DNA from: Fodinibius salipaludis | GTDB lineage: Bacteria > Bacteroidota > Rhodothermia > Balneolales > Balneolaceae | Direction of reading: 5' to 3' | Length of the DNA stretch: 32,000 bases | NCBI RefSeq assembly: GCF_002287075.1 | Contig: NZ_NSKE01000004.1 | Span: 321,492 to 353,491 of the forward strand | In this document: in pieces, positions 16,437 through 26,253 of the stretch | How the letters are laid out: every line of letters begins with the position of its first letter | Numbering within the stretch: position 1 is the stretch's first letter | The notes under the pieces: generated by a model | The model's database searches: none | Told to the model about the DNA's origin: nothing | The model's input: the letters and a program-made list of their open reading frames with translations, nothing else | Program-made: the position numbers and the translations under genes

Positions 16437-17120
16437 TTATTTTTCACCTTCTGCTACTGTTTCTATATCACCGATAGGCACTTCTACACCATCAATTGAC
16501 ACGCGGACTCCTGCTCCGGTAAACCGTACCTTGTTGGCAATTCCTTCTATAAACATCCGTGCTTTGACGCTTTCATCCCCGTTGGTGGCATTAATTTCTA
16601 CGTTGTATTGCCCATCGGGTACATCTACGCCGTCATTACTTTTTCCATCCCAGCTCCAGCTGTTATCTCCTGCTGCAGCACCATCAACTGTCTCGCGACG
16701 TACTTCACTTCCTGAAGAATCGCGAATAACAATCTCCACTTCGCTTGCAGCATTGTTCAAGTCATAGTTAATATTTGTATTTTCGCCAGCCTGTAAATTC
16801 ACGTCGCTACTCAATGCCCGTACCTGCTTACCCGTCAACGACGATGCCATCGAGTTTGTCAATTCGCTACGCATTAACTGCTGACTTTGACTCAGCTCTG
16901 ACAACCCGTTATTAACCCCTATCAACTGTTCAACCGAATTAAACTGAGCCAGCTGCGAGGCAAACTCTTTGCCGTCCATAGGATTAATTGGATCTTGATT
17001 CTGCATCTGTGCTACCAGAAGCTTCAAAAATTGGTCCTGTCCAAGTTTACTATTTCCTGTTAACGACTTATCGTTTTGCGATGCTAACTGCGACTGCCCA
17101 TTTATCTGTCCTATATCCAT
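16437..17120 (-). CDS. flgD: Flagellar hook assembly/capping protein FlgD
   Basis: 227 aa. It has the conserved FlgD N-domain LGQDQFLKLLVAQMQNQDPINPMDGKEFASQLAQFNSVEQL and a C-terminal Ig-like region. It lies upstream of flgE. Confidence 0.9.
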   Translation of the reverse strand: MDIGQINGQSQLASQNDKSLTGNSKLGQDQFLKLLVAQMQNQDPINPMDGKEFASQLAQFNSVEQLIGVNNGLSELSQSQQLMRSELTNSMASSLTGKQVRALSSDVNLQAGENTNINYDLNNAASEVEIVIRDSSGSEVRRETVDGAAAGDNSWSWDGKSNDGVDVPDGQYNVEINATNGDESVKARMFIEGIANKVRFTGAGVRVSIDGVEVPIGDIETVAEGEK

Positions 17121-17141
17121 AATACTATGATATTCATTAAT

Positions 17142-19148
17142 TTATGCGGTCCACTCCATTTGGTTGTACCCAAAATTGCGGACTGTTTTTCTACTTACAT
17201 CTTCTGCTGTTTCTACTGTTACACCTTTGGCACCAAAATTATTTCTGTAATTTCGTTTACGATCCAACGACTCTGTATCTTCTGAAAATTGCGACTCTTC
17301 TCCCTGCTGCTGGTTTTCAAAATGCAAATCTACTTCAGAGCCAAACTCCTGCTTCAAATGCTCACGGATCTGCTGCAGATTCTGCTGCAGAAGCTTACTC
17401 AAATCAAGATTCATCGACCCCATCTTAACCTGTAAAACTCCTTTCGACTCACGAACTGAAAGTTGAATATTTTTTCCATCATCCAACGTAAAATTATGCG
17501 TCTGCCAATTACTGCTATCTCCTTTAGAAGAAGAGGCCGCCTGTTGAATACGTTGTGTTAGCCCGGGCAATATCTTTTTTCGCAGCGATCCATTTGTTAT
17601 CGGTATCTGTCCCAGCCGAACTGAGCTGGAAGCCGAACCGGCTTTTGACTCCTTTTCTGTGGCTGAATCCATCGTTTTAGTGAGCTGATCTTCCCAGTTT
17701 ATTTTCTGTTCTTCTAAACTTGAATTTGATTCTCCAACCGTAACGCCGGAAAAGTTCTGTAGATCAAGAGGCTTGGCCTGCTTTTGAGCATTACTTCCCG
17801 AAATTCCCAAACGGTTTAGCAGTTTATTTCTTCCTTCTGATGATTCTTTTCCAAGCCCTTGCTTACTATTCTCAGCTTCGTTGTTTCCTTTTGCATTTTT
17901 TCCTTTCTCTTTTTGTACACTCTTCATCTCCAACCCTTTAGTAGAAATATTCGACGGATCTCTTTTCTGGAAGAACGAATCCATTACTTTCTTCTGCTGC
18001 TCTGTCAATTCCGTCTTTGCCGTTTGCCCACTTTCAAATTGAACACCTGCCTGTGCTTTCCCAGGTTCTACATTTTTATTCCTAACCCTTTGCTCTTCTT
18101 TAACCTGATTCATAGTATCCTGTTGGGCCTGACGACCAGCAAAACGTTGTGCTTTCTCAAACGCCTTACCCCGGCTATCCATATCACCGTTCCGGTTCTC
18201 AATTCCTTTCTTTTGTGAAGTTTGTTCTCGTGACTCCTCAACCTCTTTTGTCGTTGCTTGTTCTTCCCGAAGAGTTGTTGCGGAACCATGCTGAACACCC
18301 TCCTTTTTATCGGTTGATAAGTTAGCTTGTTGTTTTTCCTGTGAAAGCTCACCCTTTTTACTACTTACAGATAATTCTGCTTTCTCTTTATCCTTCTGGG
18401 AATCTCCATCTATCCCTTTAACATTCTCAGCAGCTCCATCTATACGGGTTGCACCTTTTTTACTTCCAGATTCGGTACTCTCTTTATTATCCCCTTCCAA
18501 ATTCCCAGCGGCCTGCTTCCCAAGATTCACTTTTGTACTATGTTCCTGTTTCGCAGATTCTTTTTCGGAATCGGTCTTTGTCGATTCTCCATTCTCCTGG
18601 GCCTGACCTTTAGGAATCACTTCCCCATTTTCATCCAACTCCTCCGAAAGTTGTGCCTCAGTCCCCTCACCACTTGTTTTCTCTTTTGCATCAACTTCCG
18701 AGCCCTCAACTACCTGCGGCTCACCTGATTCAGACACTCCATTTTGATCCTCATCCTCTTTCCCATCAGCTGATGGAGAATCACTCGTATCACCTATAAG
18801 TTCATTTTTGATATTCTGAAATTCTTTCTGCAGCTCTTTGAGGATATTATGATCAGCCTGCAACAAATTATCAGCCTCCTTTGCTCCTATCGCTGTGAAC
18901 GAGCCGCCAAGAATATTTTTCTGTACATCTTCTCCCTCAGGAGACTCTGCTTGTTCTGAGGAACTGTCTGATAAGGCCAACAACTGCTGTTTTGCTTTAT
19001 CTGACGAATTCTGATTCTGCAACGACTGCAACAGTGATTGAAAAACTTCTTTGGAGGTATTCCCTCCTTCCTCCTTATTACTACCGATTATCTCTTCTCC
19101 CGAAGTAATGTTTTTTCCACTGATATTTGATAATAGCTTACTTAACAT
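17142..19148 (-). CDS. fliK: Flagellar hook-length control protein FliK-like
   Basis: 668 aa, largely low-complexity and rich in E/K/Q/S. The C-terminal region (NFTLDDGKNIQLSVRESKGVLQVKMGSMNLDLSKLLQQNLQQIREHLKQEFGSEVDLHF) resembles the FliK Flg_hook/T3S4 domain. Its position between fliJ/ylxF and flgD is canonical. Confidence 0.7.
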   Translation of the reverse strand: MLSKLLSNISGKNITSGEEIIGSNKEEGGNTSKEVFQSLLQSLQNQNSSDKAKQQLLALSDSSSEQAESPEGEDVQKNILGGSFTAIGAKEADNLLQADHNILKELQKEFQNIKNELIGDTSDSPSADGKEDEDQNGVSESGEPQVVEGSEVDAKEKTSGEGTEAQLSEELDENGEVIPKGQAQENGESTKTDSEKESAKQEHSTKVNLGKQAAGNLEGDNKESTESGSKKGATRIDGAAENVKGIDGDSQKDKEKAELSVSSKKGELSQEKQQANLSTDKKEGVQHGSATTLREEQATTKEVEESREQTSQKKGIENRNGDMDSRGKAFEKAQRFAGRQAQQDTMNQVKEEQRVRNKNVEPGKAQAGVQFESGQTAKTELTEQQKKVMDSFFQKRDPSNISTKGLEMKSVQKEKGKNAKGNNEAENSKQGLGKESSEGRNKLLNRLGISGSNAQKQAKPLDLQNFSGVTVGESNSSLEEQKINWEDQLTKTMDSATEKESKAGSASSSVRLGQIPITNGSLRKKILPGLTQRIQQAASSSKGDSSNWQTHNFTLDDGKNIQLSVRESKGVLQVKMGSMNLDLSKLLQQNLQQIREHLKQEFGSEVDLHFENQQQGEESQFSEDTESLDRKRNYRNNFGAKGVTVETAEDVSRKTVRNFGYNQMEWTA

Positions 19149-19708
19149 TATAACACCTCTGTCATCAGTTTTGCTGCACGATCAGACTCCAGGGATTGCA
19201 AAAGTTTTTTACGCTGCAATCCGGATCCAGCTTTAAAAATTTTCACCAACTGCTCATCACTCATTTTGTTCAATATCGGCGACAGACTCTCGATATCCAG
19301 ATCGAGCAGGCTTTTAATATTCTCTGAGAATTCCTCTTCGGATATCTCTGCATCAGCTGCTTCAACCTCTTCTGCAATAGATTCCCTCTGGTCAAGTTGT
19401 TGACTAAGTGAATCATTGACTACCGTTAATGAGTCTATTTCCATTTTCAGATCTTCAATATTTTCTTTCATCGTTGCATAGTCTTTCCCCAGATCTCCAA
19501 CAGTCTCACTTTCTTCAGCTGCAGGACGAAAATTGGATGTCATTACGTTTGTTGAATCTCCAATAACAAACTCCTCACTATGCTTTTCCGCTACCTCCTG
19601 ATGTTTCTCCTCATTGATATATGGAAACAAAAAGTAGATAGCTATAACCATCGGGAGCAATGGCACAAAAATATATCCCAGAATTTTAAGAACTTTTTTA
19701 ATCGACAT
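19148..19708 (-). CDS. Membrane-anchored coiled-coil protein in the ylxF/flbB position (MgtE_N/MotE-like C-terminus), putative flagellar protein
   Basis: 186 aa. It has an N-terminal TM segment (ILGYIFVPLLPMVIAIYFLF), an acidic coiled-coil, and a C-terminal helical repeat (LSPILNKMSDEQLVKIFKAGSGLQRKKLLQSLESDRAAKLMTEVL). Its TAATG overlap with fliK indicates coupling. The assignment rests on synteny with Bacillus ylxF and Borrelia flbB. Confidence 0.5.
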   Translation of the reverse strand: MSIKKVLKILGYIFVPLLPMVIAIYFLFPYINEEKHQEVAEKHSEEFVIGDSTNVMTSNFRPAAEESETVGDLGKDYATMKENIEDLKMEIDSLTVVNDSLSQQLDQRESIAEEVEAADAEISEEEFSENIKSLLDLDIESLSPILNKMSDEQLVKIFKAGSGLQRKKLLQSLESDRAAKLMTEVL

Positions 19709-19713
19709 AATTA

Positions 19714-20142
19714 TTATTTGCTAAACGTTTGTGCTGCAACCTCGTCCATTACTTTGCGTTGCTGTCTCGACATTTCTTCGAAATATAATTCCTGCTCACC
19801 CTCTTTTACTTTTTCCATGATATGACGCTTTTTATGGACATCAGCTAATTTATCACGCTGTTGATCAACCGCCTTTTTTACTGAATTAAGGCTACTATTT
19901 ACTTTCTTTACCTTTTCATATAGATCATTGATGTACTGCTGTTTTCGTTGCAAATCGTGTAAGCTTGCATATGTACTACTACCATTTTCGCTGATATGGT
20001 TTTCAAGTTCTTTCTTAAGTTTTTCTTTCAGAGCATTTAAATGCTTTTTCTTGTTTAATTTTTCTGCAAGCTTCTGCTTCTCAACTTTTTCTTCATGCTT
20101 TCGCACTTTTAAAACCGATTCCAACGAAAATTCAAATTTCAT
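19714..20142 (-). CDS. fliJ: Flagellar export chaperone/stalk protein FliJ
   Basis: 142-aa predicted coiled-coil protein (FSLESVLKVRKHEEKVEKQKLAE...). It lies directly after fliI, with the expected size and position. Confidence 0.75.
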   Translation of the reverse strand: MKFEFSLESVLKVRKHEEKVEKQKLAEKLNKKKHLNALKEKLKKELENHISENGSSTYASLHDLQRKQQYINDLYEKVKKVNSSLNSVKKAVDQQRDKLADVHKKRHIMEKVKEGEQELYFEEMSRQQRKVMDEVAAQTFSK

Positions 20143-20158
20143 AGTGCTTTAGTACTTT

Positions 20159-21493
20159 CTACTGAATTATTTTTCTAAGCGAACTCCACAAGTTATCATC
20201 GAAGTCCGCTTCATTAATATCTTGTATCAAAAATGATTCCAAATCCTCACGTTTTTCCACAGCCTTATCAATCTGGGGATTCGAGCCTTCCACATAAGCT
20301 CCAATGTTGATCAGGTTTTCAGCTTCCCGATAGGTGGTTATCATATCCCGAACCTCTCCTGCTAATTCCCTTTGTTCTTGCGTCACAATATTTGGCATAA
20401 CCCTCGAAATACTCTCCGGGACATCAATAGCAGGATAGTGATTTTTATGGGCTAATCGCCTTGAGAGTACAATGTGACCGTCTAATATGGACCGTACGGC
20501 ATCAGCAATGGGCTCATTCATATCATCACTGTCAACCAGTACTGTGTAAATTCCTGTGATACTTCCACTCGATGTTTTACCCACCCGTTCAAGAAATTTA
20601 GGGAGCATTGAAAAGACGCTTGGAGTGTACCCTTTGGTCGTTGGAGGTTCGCCTGTAGCCAATCCTACTTCTCGTTGCGCCATGGCCACGCGGGTTACGG
20701 AATCCATCATCAAAAGGACATTTTTTCCTCTGTCACGGAAATATTCTGCTATTGATGTCGCAGTATACGCTGCTTTAATTCTACTCATTGCTGATTTATC
20801 CGACGTCTCTGCTACAATAATCGACCGCTCAAGCAACTCTTCATCAAGTATATCGTCAATAAATTCTTGAACTTCGCGTCCACGCTCACCAATAAGAGCA
20901 ATAACATTAATGTCGGCATCAGAATGGCGGGCAATCATACCGAGCAAAACACTTTTCCCTACACCCGATCCGGCAAACAATCCAACACGCTGCCCCTTAC
21001 CAATGGTATTTAATGCATCAATCGCTCGAATTCCGGTACTCATAATGTCGTTGATAGGCTCACGATCAACTGGTGATGGGGGATCATTGTGCACCGGCTC
21101 TTGATGCCCACACAAAATGGGACCTTTTTTGTCAATGGGATCACCATTAGCATCAACTACGCGTCCCAACATCTCAGGGCCAACCGAAATGGTCAGTGAC
21201 TGTCCCATATACTCGACCTTGCACCCTGATCGCATACCCTTAATACTCTCGTAGGGCATCAAAAGCGCATACTGATCTTCCAGCCCAACCACCTCGGCGG
21301 GAATAATATTATCCATAATATTTTCAATACCATACACTTCACCGACACTTGCCTGTAAGCCTGTACATTTAATAATAGTACCTACAATAGATGCAACCTT
21401 GCCATACCGCTTACTGCCATTGGTAAAATCATCAAGACAACTTCGAATTTGGTCGATATATGTACGGAGATCAGCAGTATCGGTCATTTCCAT
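20159..21493 (-). CDS. fliI: Flagellum-specific type III ATPase FliI
   Basis: 444 aa. It has Walker A GLFAGSGVGKSVLLGMI, Walker B VLLMMDSVTR, and F1-beta-like architecture. Confidence 0.97.
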   Translation of the reverse strand: MEMTDTADLRTYIDQIRSCLDDFTNGSKRYGKVASIVGTIIKCTGLQASVGEVYGIENIMDNIIPAEVVGLEDQYALLMPYESIKGMRSGCKVEYMGQSLTISVGPEMLGRVVDANGDPIDKKGPILCGHQEPVHNDPPSPVDREPINDIMSTGIRAIDALNTIGKGQRVGLFAGSGVGKSVLLGMIARHSDADINVIALIGERGREVQEFIDDILDEELLERSIIVAETSDKSAMSRIKAAYTATSIAEYFRDRGKNVLLMMDSVTRVAMAQREVGLATGEPPTTKGYTPSVFSMLPKFLERVGKTSSGSITGIYTVLVDSDDMNEPIADAVRSILDGHIVLSRRLAHKNHYPAIDVPESISRVMPNIVTQEQRELAGEVRDMITTYREAENLINIGAYVEGSNPQIDKAVEKREDLESFLIQDINEADFDDNLWSSLRKIIQ

Positions 21494-22188
21494 GAGGGTA
21501 GGGTCATATTATCTTTCAGATCGGCAAGTTTTTCTCTAAACCGATGGACCACCGTTTCTTTCTGGGTCTCAAACTCAAATTCCCCGGGATTACAGTCTTC
21601 ACTTATCCGGATAGAAAGCGAAAGTTCGGGAGCATATTTTTCTACCAATTTCTCTACAAACCGGTAGTCCTGTTCACTTACCCAAAGCCGAGGCTTGATA
21701 TCCCCTTCCGTTTCATGTAATAGCCCGGATAATTTCTCTTCGAGTTGCTCACGTATAGCAGGGTTTTCTACGGGAATACTTACAATTTTCTCAACCATAT
21801 CGAACACCAAATCCAACAAGCCCGGATTCAACAGCTGATGCTGTTTTTTCCAATCCTTATGTGCCTTCACTACCAGGTCTTCTAACCGAGCAAGTTTATC
21901 ATCGACTTGTTGCTCGGCTGCCTCAAAACCTTCCTGATACCCCTGCTCGTGCCCTTTTTCAAATGCTTCTTCCCGGGCTTTGGCCAAGCGCTTTTTCCAC
22001 TTCGTATCCCGTTTATCAATAAGCTTTTTGACATCTACCTTCTTCTTCGAAGAGGAAGTTTCTGTATCCTCACACTCTCCTGACTTTTTGTATCCCTTAC
22101 CCTCAAAAGCCAAGTCATAGTCCAACGGGTGATCATCCTCGTCGTACCAATTTATTTCTTCGGTATGTAAAATCTTTTGATCTTCCAT
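21484..22188 (-). CDS. fliH: Flagellar assembly protein FliH (FliI regulator)
   Basis: 234 aa. The central region AREEAFEKGHEQGYQEGFEAAEQQ is typical of FliH/YscL. It overlaps the fliI start by 10 nt and sits between fliG and fliI. Confidence 0.8.
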   Translation of the reverse strand: MEDQKILHTEEINWYDEDDHPLDYDLAFEGKGYKKSGECEDTETSSSKKKVDVKKLIDKRDTKWKKRLAKAREEAFEKGHEQGYQEGFEAAEQQVDDKLARLEDLVVKAHKDWKKQHQLLNPGLLDLVFDMVEKIVSIPVENPAIREQLEEKLSGLLHETEGDIKPRLWVSEQDYRFVEKLVEKYAPELSLSIRISEDCNPGEFEFETQKETVVHRFREKLADLKDNMTLPSWK

Positions 22189-22194
22189 AGCGTG

Positions 22195-23232
22195 CTACTC
22201 AACAATTTCTTCTTCGCCCATCTTTCGGGTGGTGATCTGTCCTTCTTCTTCGAGCTGTTTAATCTTTCGAATAATGCGTGACTGCGCCTCCTTTACATCT
22301 TTAAGCGGCACCGGTCCAAGGGCATCCATATCTTCCTGGAGCATAGCCCCGGCACGATCCGACATGTTTTCCAGGAATTTCTTTTTCACTTGCTCGTCTA
22401 CACCTTTCAGCCCCATAACAAGGTCGGTCTTTTCCATCTCGTTGATAATGGTTTGCACCGTTCGATCATTGAAGTAAAGAATATCTTCGAAAAGGAACAT
22501 TTGCTGTTTAATATCATCGGCCATCTGAGCATCGCGCTCCTCAATTTTACCTAAAATATGACGTTCAACAGCGATCTCAGCTTCGTTAAGAATCTGTGCC
22601 ACAGCATTTGTTCCACTCTTAATACGATCGCCAACCGTGTACATACCCCCCATCTGTTCTTTGATGACTTCTTCGATTTCTTCTATTACTTCTGTCGAAA
22701 TTTTTTCCATGGTAGTAAGACGATAAATCACTTCTGCCTGTAAATCACCATCAAGATGCCCCAATATCTCGGCTGTTCTCTTTTCATCCAGCTGAGAAAA
22801 TATGAGGGCAATCACTTGGGGATGTTCATTTTTCAAGAAATTAGTGATTTGGGTGATTTTGCTTTCCTGGAAATCAGCAAAAGCGGTATTTTCGGAGTTC
22901 GCCTTCAGCTTTTGACGCACCTTTTCAGAATCAATGTCATCACCCAGCTCTTCCAACAACTCATTTGCATAATCCTGGCCACCCTCCAGTAGTAATTCAT
23001 CATTCGACATCATCCGATAATATTCGCTCATTATCGAGTCTACCACATTAGGCTTTATATTATCCATCCCCGCAATAGCAAGCGTAACAGCCTCAATTTC
23101 CTCTTCCTTCAGGTATTTAAAGAGCGGTGTAGCATTCTTCGTACCCAAGTTGGTGATAAAAATTGCTGCCTTTTCGGCACCGGTTAGCTGGTCTACCTTA
23201 CTGATGACTCGCTTTTTATTCTGCTGTGCCAT
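22195..23232 (-). CDS. fliG: Flagellar motor switch protein FliG
   Basis: 345 aa. It has LTGAEKAAIFITNLG at the N-terminus, the MFLFEDI (MFxF) hinge, and a charged C-terminal torque helix region. Confidence 0.95.
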   Translation of the reverse strand: MAQQNKKRVISKVDQLTGAEKAAIFITNLGTKNATPLFKYLKEEEIEAVTLAIAGMDNIKPNVVDSIMSEYYRMMSNDELLLEGGQDYANELLEELGDDIDSEKVRQKLKANSENTAFADFQESKITQITNFLKNEHPQVIALIFSQLDEKRTAEILGHLDGDLQAEVIYRLTTMEKISTEVIEEIEEVIKEQMGGMYTVGDRIKSGTNAVAQILNEAEIAVERHILGKIEERDAQMADDIKQQMFLFEDILYFNDRTVQTIINEMEKTDLVMGLKGVDEQVKKKFLENMSDRAGAMLQEDMDALGPVPLKDVKEAQSRIIRKIKQLEEEGQITTRKMGEEEIVE

Positions 23233-23238
23233 ACCGCT

Positions 23239-24873
23239 TTATTCCTCTTCTGTTGAAATTAACATTGAACGTACAATCTTTGCTGCCTTTTCAGGCTTCA
23301 TATCAACCATATTTATAATTTCTTCCATGTCGTACTTTTTGGCTTCAAGCGCACGCATTTCTTCTTTTTCTTCATCATTCATAAGCTCTTGTTTGCTCAT
23401 ACCTTCCAATTCGGGATCCATACTTCCATCTGTAAAAACTTCTTGACCATCTCCAAAGGGCGACTGTATTGCCAATCCGGGCTGGCCACTACTCATTTGT
23501 CGGCGAATACCGAAGAGCAACCAAGCGATTAATCCAAGTGTTACAAAAATCAAAGCCCATCGCAGAACCCGCGTCCAAGGCCAATAACCATCAATCATTT
23601 GTCCTCTTGGAGTTTCCTGCCCAGGCTGCCAGAATTCAACTTGACGTATTGTTATTTCATCTCCGCGTTGGGCTTGGATGCCCAATGCTGAGGTAATCAC
23701 TTCCCGAAATTCCTGCAATTCTTCTTCGCTATAGGGCTCTGTTTCATATACGGTTTCCCCCCCTTCATTTACCGTTTCTATCTGCTTATGATTTACCAGT
23801 ACAGAGGCTGAAATATTTGTAATTTCACCCTGTGCTTTTTTATACACTTCTTTGGTTTCACTTACCTCATAATTTCGAGTTCGCGAACTGCTCTCATTTT
23901 CATTTGATGATACTATTGAAGTTTCTCCACGTTCATTAACAGGGGTAAACTCATCAATGGGTACTAATTCTGATCCCTCTTGTGTTTGCACCTGCTCATC
24001 GCGCTGTTCCGAAATCAGTGTTCGGCTTTCAGGATCAATTTTATTAGATTCACGAACCAGACTGTCAAAATTCTGATCCACGGATACTCGTACGATACTA
24101 TTCCCGGGACCCAATACCCGATCCAGCATAGTTTGTCCCCGACGGGTTAAATAATCTTCAGTCTTTTGTTCTGACTTCATCCAAGACTCTTCGGAAGCAA
24201 AACCACTGTTGCCCTGCTTATCATCCGTCAATCGATTCCCTGCGTGATCAACAATGGTCACATCTTTGGCTTCCAAGCCCTCTACACTACCAGCTATCAA
24301 CGAAGTAATACCCTCTACCCTGGTTTTATTAAGTCGTTCCCCCCGTTTAAGAGTTAGTAGCACTGATGCCGAAGCTTTAACTGTTGTTTCCTGAAACGGC
24401 GATCGTTCTGGCAATACCAGATGTACTCGTGACGATTTGACCTGTTGCAAGCTATTTACTGATCGGGAAAGCTCGCCCTCTAATGCACGCTTGTTGTTAA
24501 GCTGCTGCATATAGTCAGTCATCCCAAGCGAATTATTATCGAAAAGTTCATATCCTTTCATATCAGATTGTGGGGCTCCCAGTGGGGCCAGCTCAAGGCG
24601 GAGTTGATCTACGCGTTCGCCGGGTACATAAATCGATTGCCCGCCATTATCCAACTCATAGTTCACCCCTCGCTCATCCAGTTCGGTAACAATCTGTTGG
24701 GCTGCACCTTGTTCGAGCGATCCAAACAGAAGCGTATAACTGGGACTTAAAGCCCAGTAAAAAACCGTTCCGGCAAAAATCAGGATAGCCCCGACTAAGC
24801 CAAAGAATAGCGTACGCTGGGCTGTGGATAGCGGTTCAAGAAATTCTTTAAATTTTTCTATAAATGAACTCAT
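23239..24873 (-). CDS. fliF: Flagellar MS-ring protein FliF
   Basis: 544 aa. It has an N-terminal TM segment followed by the YscJ/FliF ring-building domain (LFGSLEQGAAQQIVTELDERGVNYELDNGGQSIYVP), a second TM segment near the C-terminus, and a FliG-binding tail. Confidence 0.93.
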   Translation of the reverse strand: MSSFIEKFKEFLEPLSTAQRTLFFGLVGAILIFAGTVFYWALSPSYTLLFGSLEQGAAQQIVTELDERGVNYELDNGGQSIYVPGERVDQLRLELAPLGAPQSDMKGYELFDNNSLGMTDYMQQLNNKRALEGELSRSVNSLQQVKSSRVHLVLPERSPFQETTVKASASVLLTLKRGERLNKTRVEGITSLIAGSVEGLEAKDVTIVDHAGNRLTDDKQGNSGFASEESWMKSEQKTEDYLTRRGQTMLDRVLGPGNSIVRVSVDQNFDSLVRESNKIDPESRTLISEQRDEQVQTQEGSELVPIDEFTPVNERGETSIVSSNENESSSRTRNYEVSETKEVYKKAQGEITNISASVLVNHKQIETVNEGGETVYETEPYSEEELQEFREVITSALGIQAQRGDEITIRQVEFWQPGQETPRGQMIDGYWPWTRVLRWALIFVTLGLIAWLLFGIRRQMSSGQPGLAIQSPFGDGQEVFTDGSMDPELEGMSKQELMNDEEKEEMRALEAKKYDMEEIINMVDMKPEKAAKIVRSMLISTEEE

Positions 24874-24882
24874 TAATCTACT

Positions 24883-25200
24883 CTATATTTGCATGCGGCT
24901 TACTTCTTGATATGTCTCAACAACTTTATTTCGAACTTCTACCATCAAATCAAAGCTCAGTTTTGCTCGCTGCATCGATATCATTACATCGTGCACATTA
25001 TCTGTTTCCCCGGCCACAAACTCCTGTACTTTCACATCCGAAGTTTTCATCGTCTCATCAATCCCATTAATAGCATCTGATAATACATCAGAAAAGGATT
25101 GCTGATTTTCTTTTTCTGTTACTATTTCCCGCTCAGGCGACGTTTGTTCAATATCATTCACCTGTTGCAAGAGGCCGCTTGCTTCTATTCCTTCAATCAT
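24883..25200 (-). CDS. fliE: Flagellar hook-basal body complex protein FliE
   Basis: 105 aa. The C-terminal block VHDVMISMQRAKLSFDLMVEVRNKVVETYQEVSRMQI is characteristic of FliE. Confidence 0.85.
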   Translation of the reverse strand: MIEGIEASGLLQQVNDIEQTSPEREIVTEKENQQSFSDVLSDAINGIDETMKTSDVKVQEFVAGETDNVHDVMISMQRAKLSFDLMVEVRNKVVETYQEVSRMQI

Positions 25201-25265
25201 AATGGGGGTAGTTCTGTTTGTCTTTCGAGTTTGGTGTTAAAAATCCGGGAAAATGTCATCAATTG

Positions 25266-25763
25266 TTATATCTGCAATGCACGCTTCATAATCTCTTTCT
25301 CAGCTTCAATACTGCTGAGATTAGCTTCGTACATCCGGTTGGCACTTACAATATTTGTCATCTCCTCAACCATGTCGATATCCGGATAGCGTACCATACC
25401 TTCTTCATTTGCGTCTGGATGATTCGGTTCATATTCGTAGCGAAAATTATCCTTTTCAGCAATAGTGTGATTGGGGCCAAGCGATTGCCTATCAACATTG
25501 TTTTCAACCGGCATCCTTGGCGATAAGTGCTGCTCGCGCGTTTTGCTTAGGCTTCCCATGCTTTGTGTTAATACTCGTTGGAAGCTCGTGGGTTCTGGTG
25601 CTGTTGTCTGGACAGATTGGGGACGATACCCTTGTTTACTGCCCTCAACAGAACTTGTATTTACATTGGCAATATTTCGGGAAGCCACATTAATTCGTTC
25701 TCGCTGTACAGCCAATCCCTTTGCTGCTGTCTGAAAAGCTGAAGAAAGTCTATCGGGAATCAT
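25266..25763 (-). CDS. flgC: Flagellar proximal rod protein FlgC
   Basis: 165 aa. It has the N-terminal AAKGLAVQRERINVASRNIANVNT and the C-terminal VEEMTNIVSANRMYEANLSSIEAEKEIMKRAL. Confidence 0.9.
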   Translation of the reverse strand: MIPDRLSSAFQTAAKGLAVQRERINVASRNIANVNTSSVEGSKQGYRPQSVQTTAPEPTSFQRVLTQSMGSLSKTREQHLSPRMPVENNVDRQSLGPNHTIAEKDNFRYEYEPNHPDANEEGMVRYPDIDMVEEMTNIVSANRMYEANLSSIEAEKEIMKRALQI

Positions 25764-25780
25764 GATATTAGATTTAAAAA

Positions 25781-26134
25781 TTATCGAGTTGTACTTGTAA
25801 TGCCGGTTTGTAGGGTGTCGTAATGATGGCGTAACGCTCGGGTGACAAGCTGTACCCTCATTTGGGTATCGGCCATCTCCAGGAGCTCATTTTCAAGCAC
25901 CACTTCATCTCCTGTTTCTGAAATACTCGGATTAACCTCGTGCATTGCTTTCCCCGATTTCCTTGCCTCTTGCAATGCGCTTTCAAACTCTACGCTGTGA
26001 CGGCTATATCCCGGGGTATCAATATTTGCAATATTGGATGAAGTAATTTCTTGGCGCAATGAATAACTATCCATTGCTTTTGCCATAAGCTGACTATGAC
26101 CACTATCTATTATCTGCATAGCAATAAAATTCAT
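25781..26134 (-). CDS. flgB: Flagellar proximal rod protein FlgB
   Basis: 117 aa. It has the N-terminal rod motif RQEITSSNIANIDTPGY. It is the first gene of the flgB-flgC-fliE run. Confidence 0.85.
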   Translation of the reverse strand: MNFIAMQIIDSGHSQLMAKAMDSYSLRQEITSSNIANIDTPGYSRHSVEFESALQEARKSGKAMHEVNPSISETGDEVVLENELLEMADTQMRVQLVTRALRHHYDTLQTGITSTTR

Positions 26135-26238
26135 TTTTATTTATACATTTTGTGCCGATCGGCTGGCGGTTTACAAAATTTTCCTCACCTCGGAACAAAA
26201 TATTATTACTTAAGTATCAACGTGCGTTAATACTACAG

Positions 26239-26253
26239 GCAATTGCTATGCCA
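26239..26253 (-). promoter_or_regulatory. Sigma-54 (-24/-12) promoter for the flgB superoperon
   Basis: The minus strand reads TGGCATAGCAATTGC against the consensus TGGCAC-N5-TTGC. GG and GC are correctly spaced, with a single mismatch. The predicted start is near 26227, giving a ~90-nt leader to the flgB ATG (26134). Confidence 0.55.

Noticed and set aside
26154-26161. GCCGATCG read as a plus-strand sigma-28 -10 box for the kinase gene
   Set aside because: There is no TAAA-like -35 at N15, and it lies ~325 nt from the kinase start. It is better explained as part of the GCCGATCGGC palindrome in the flgB leader.
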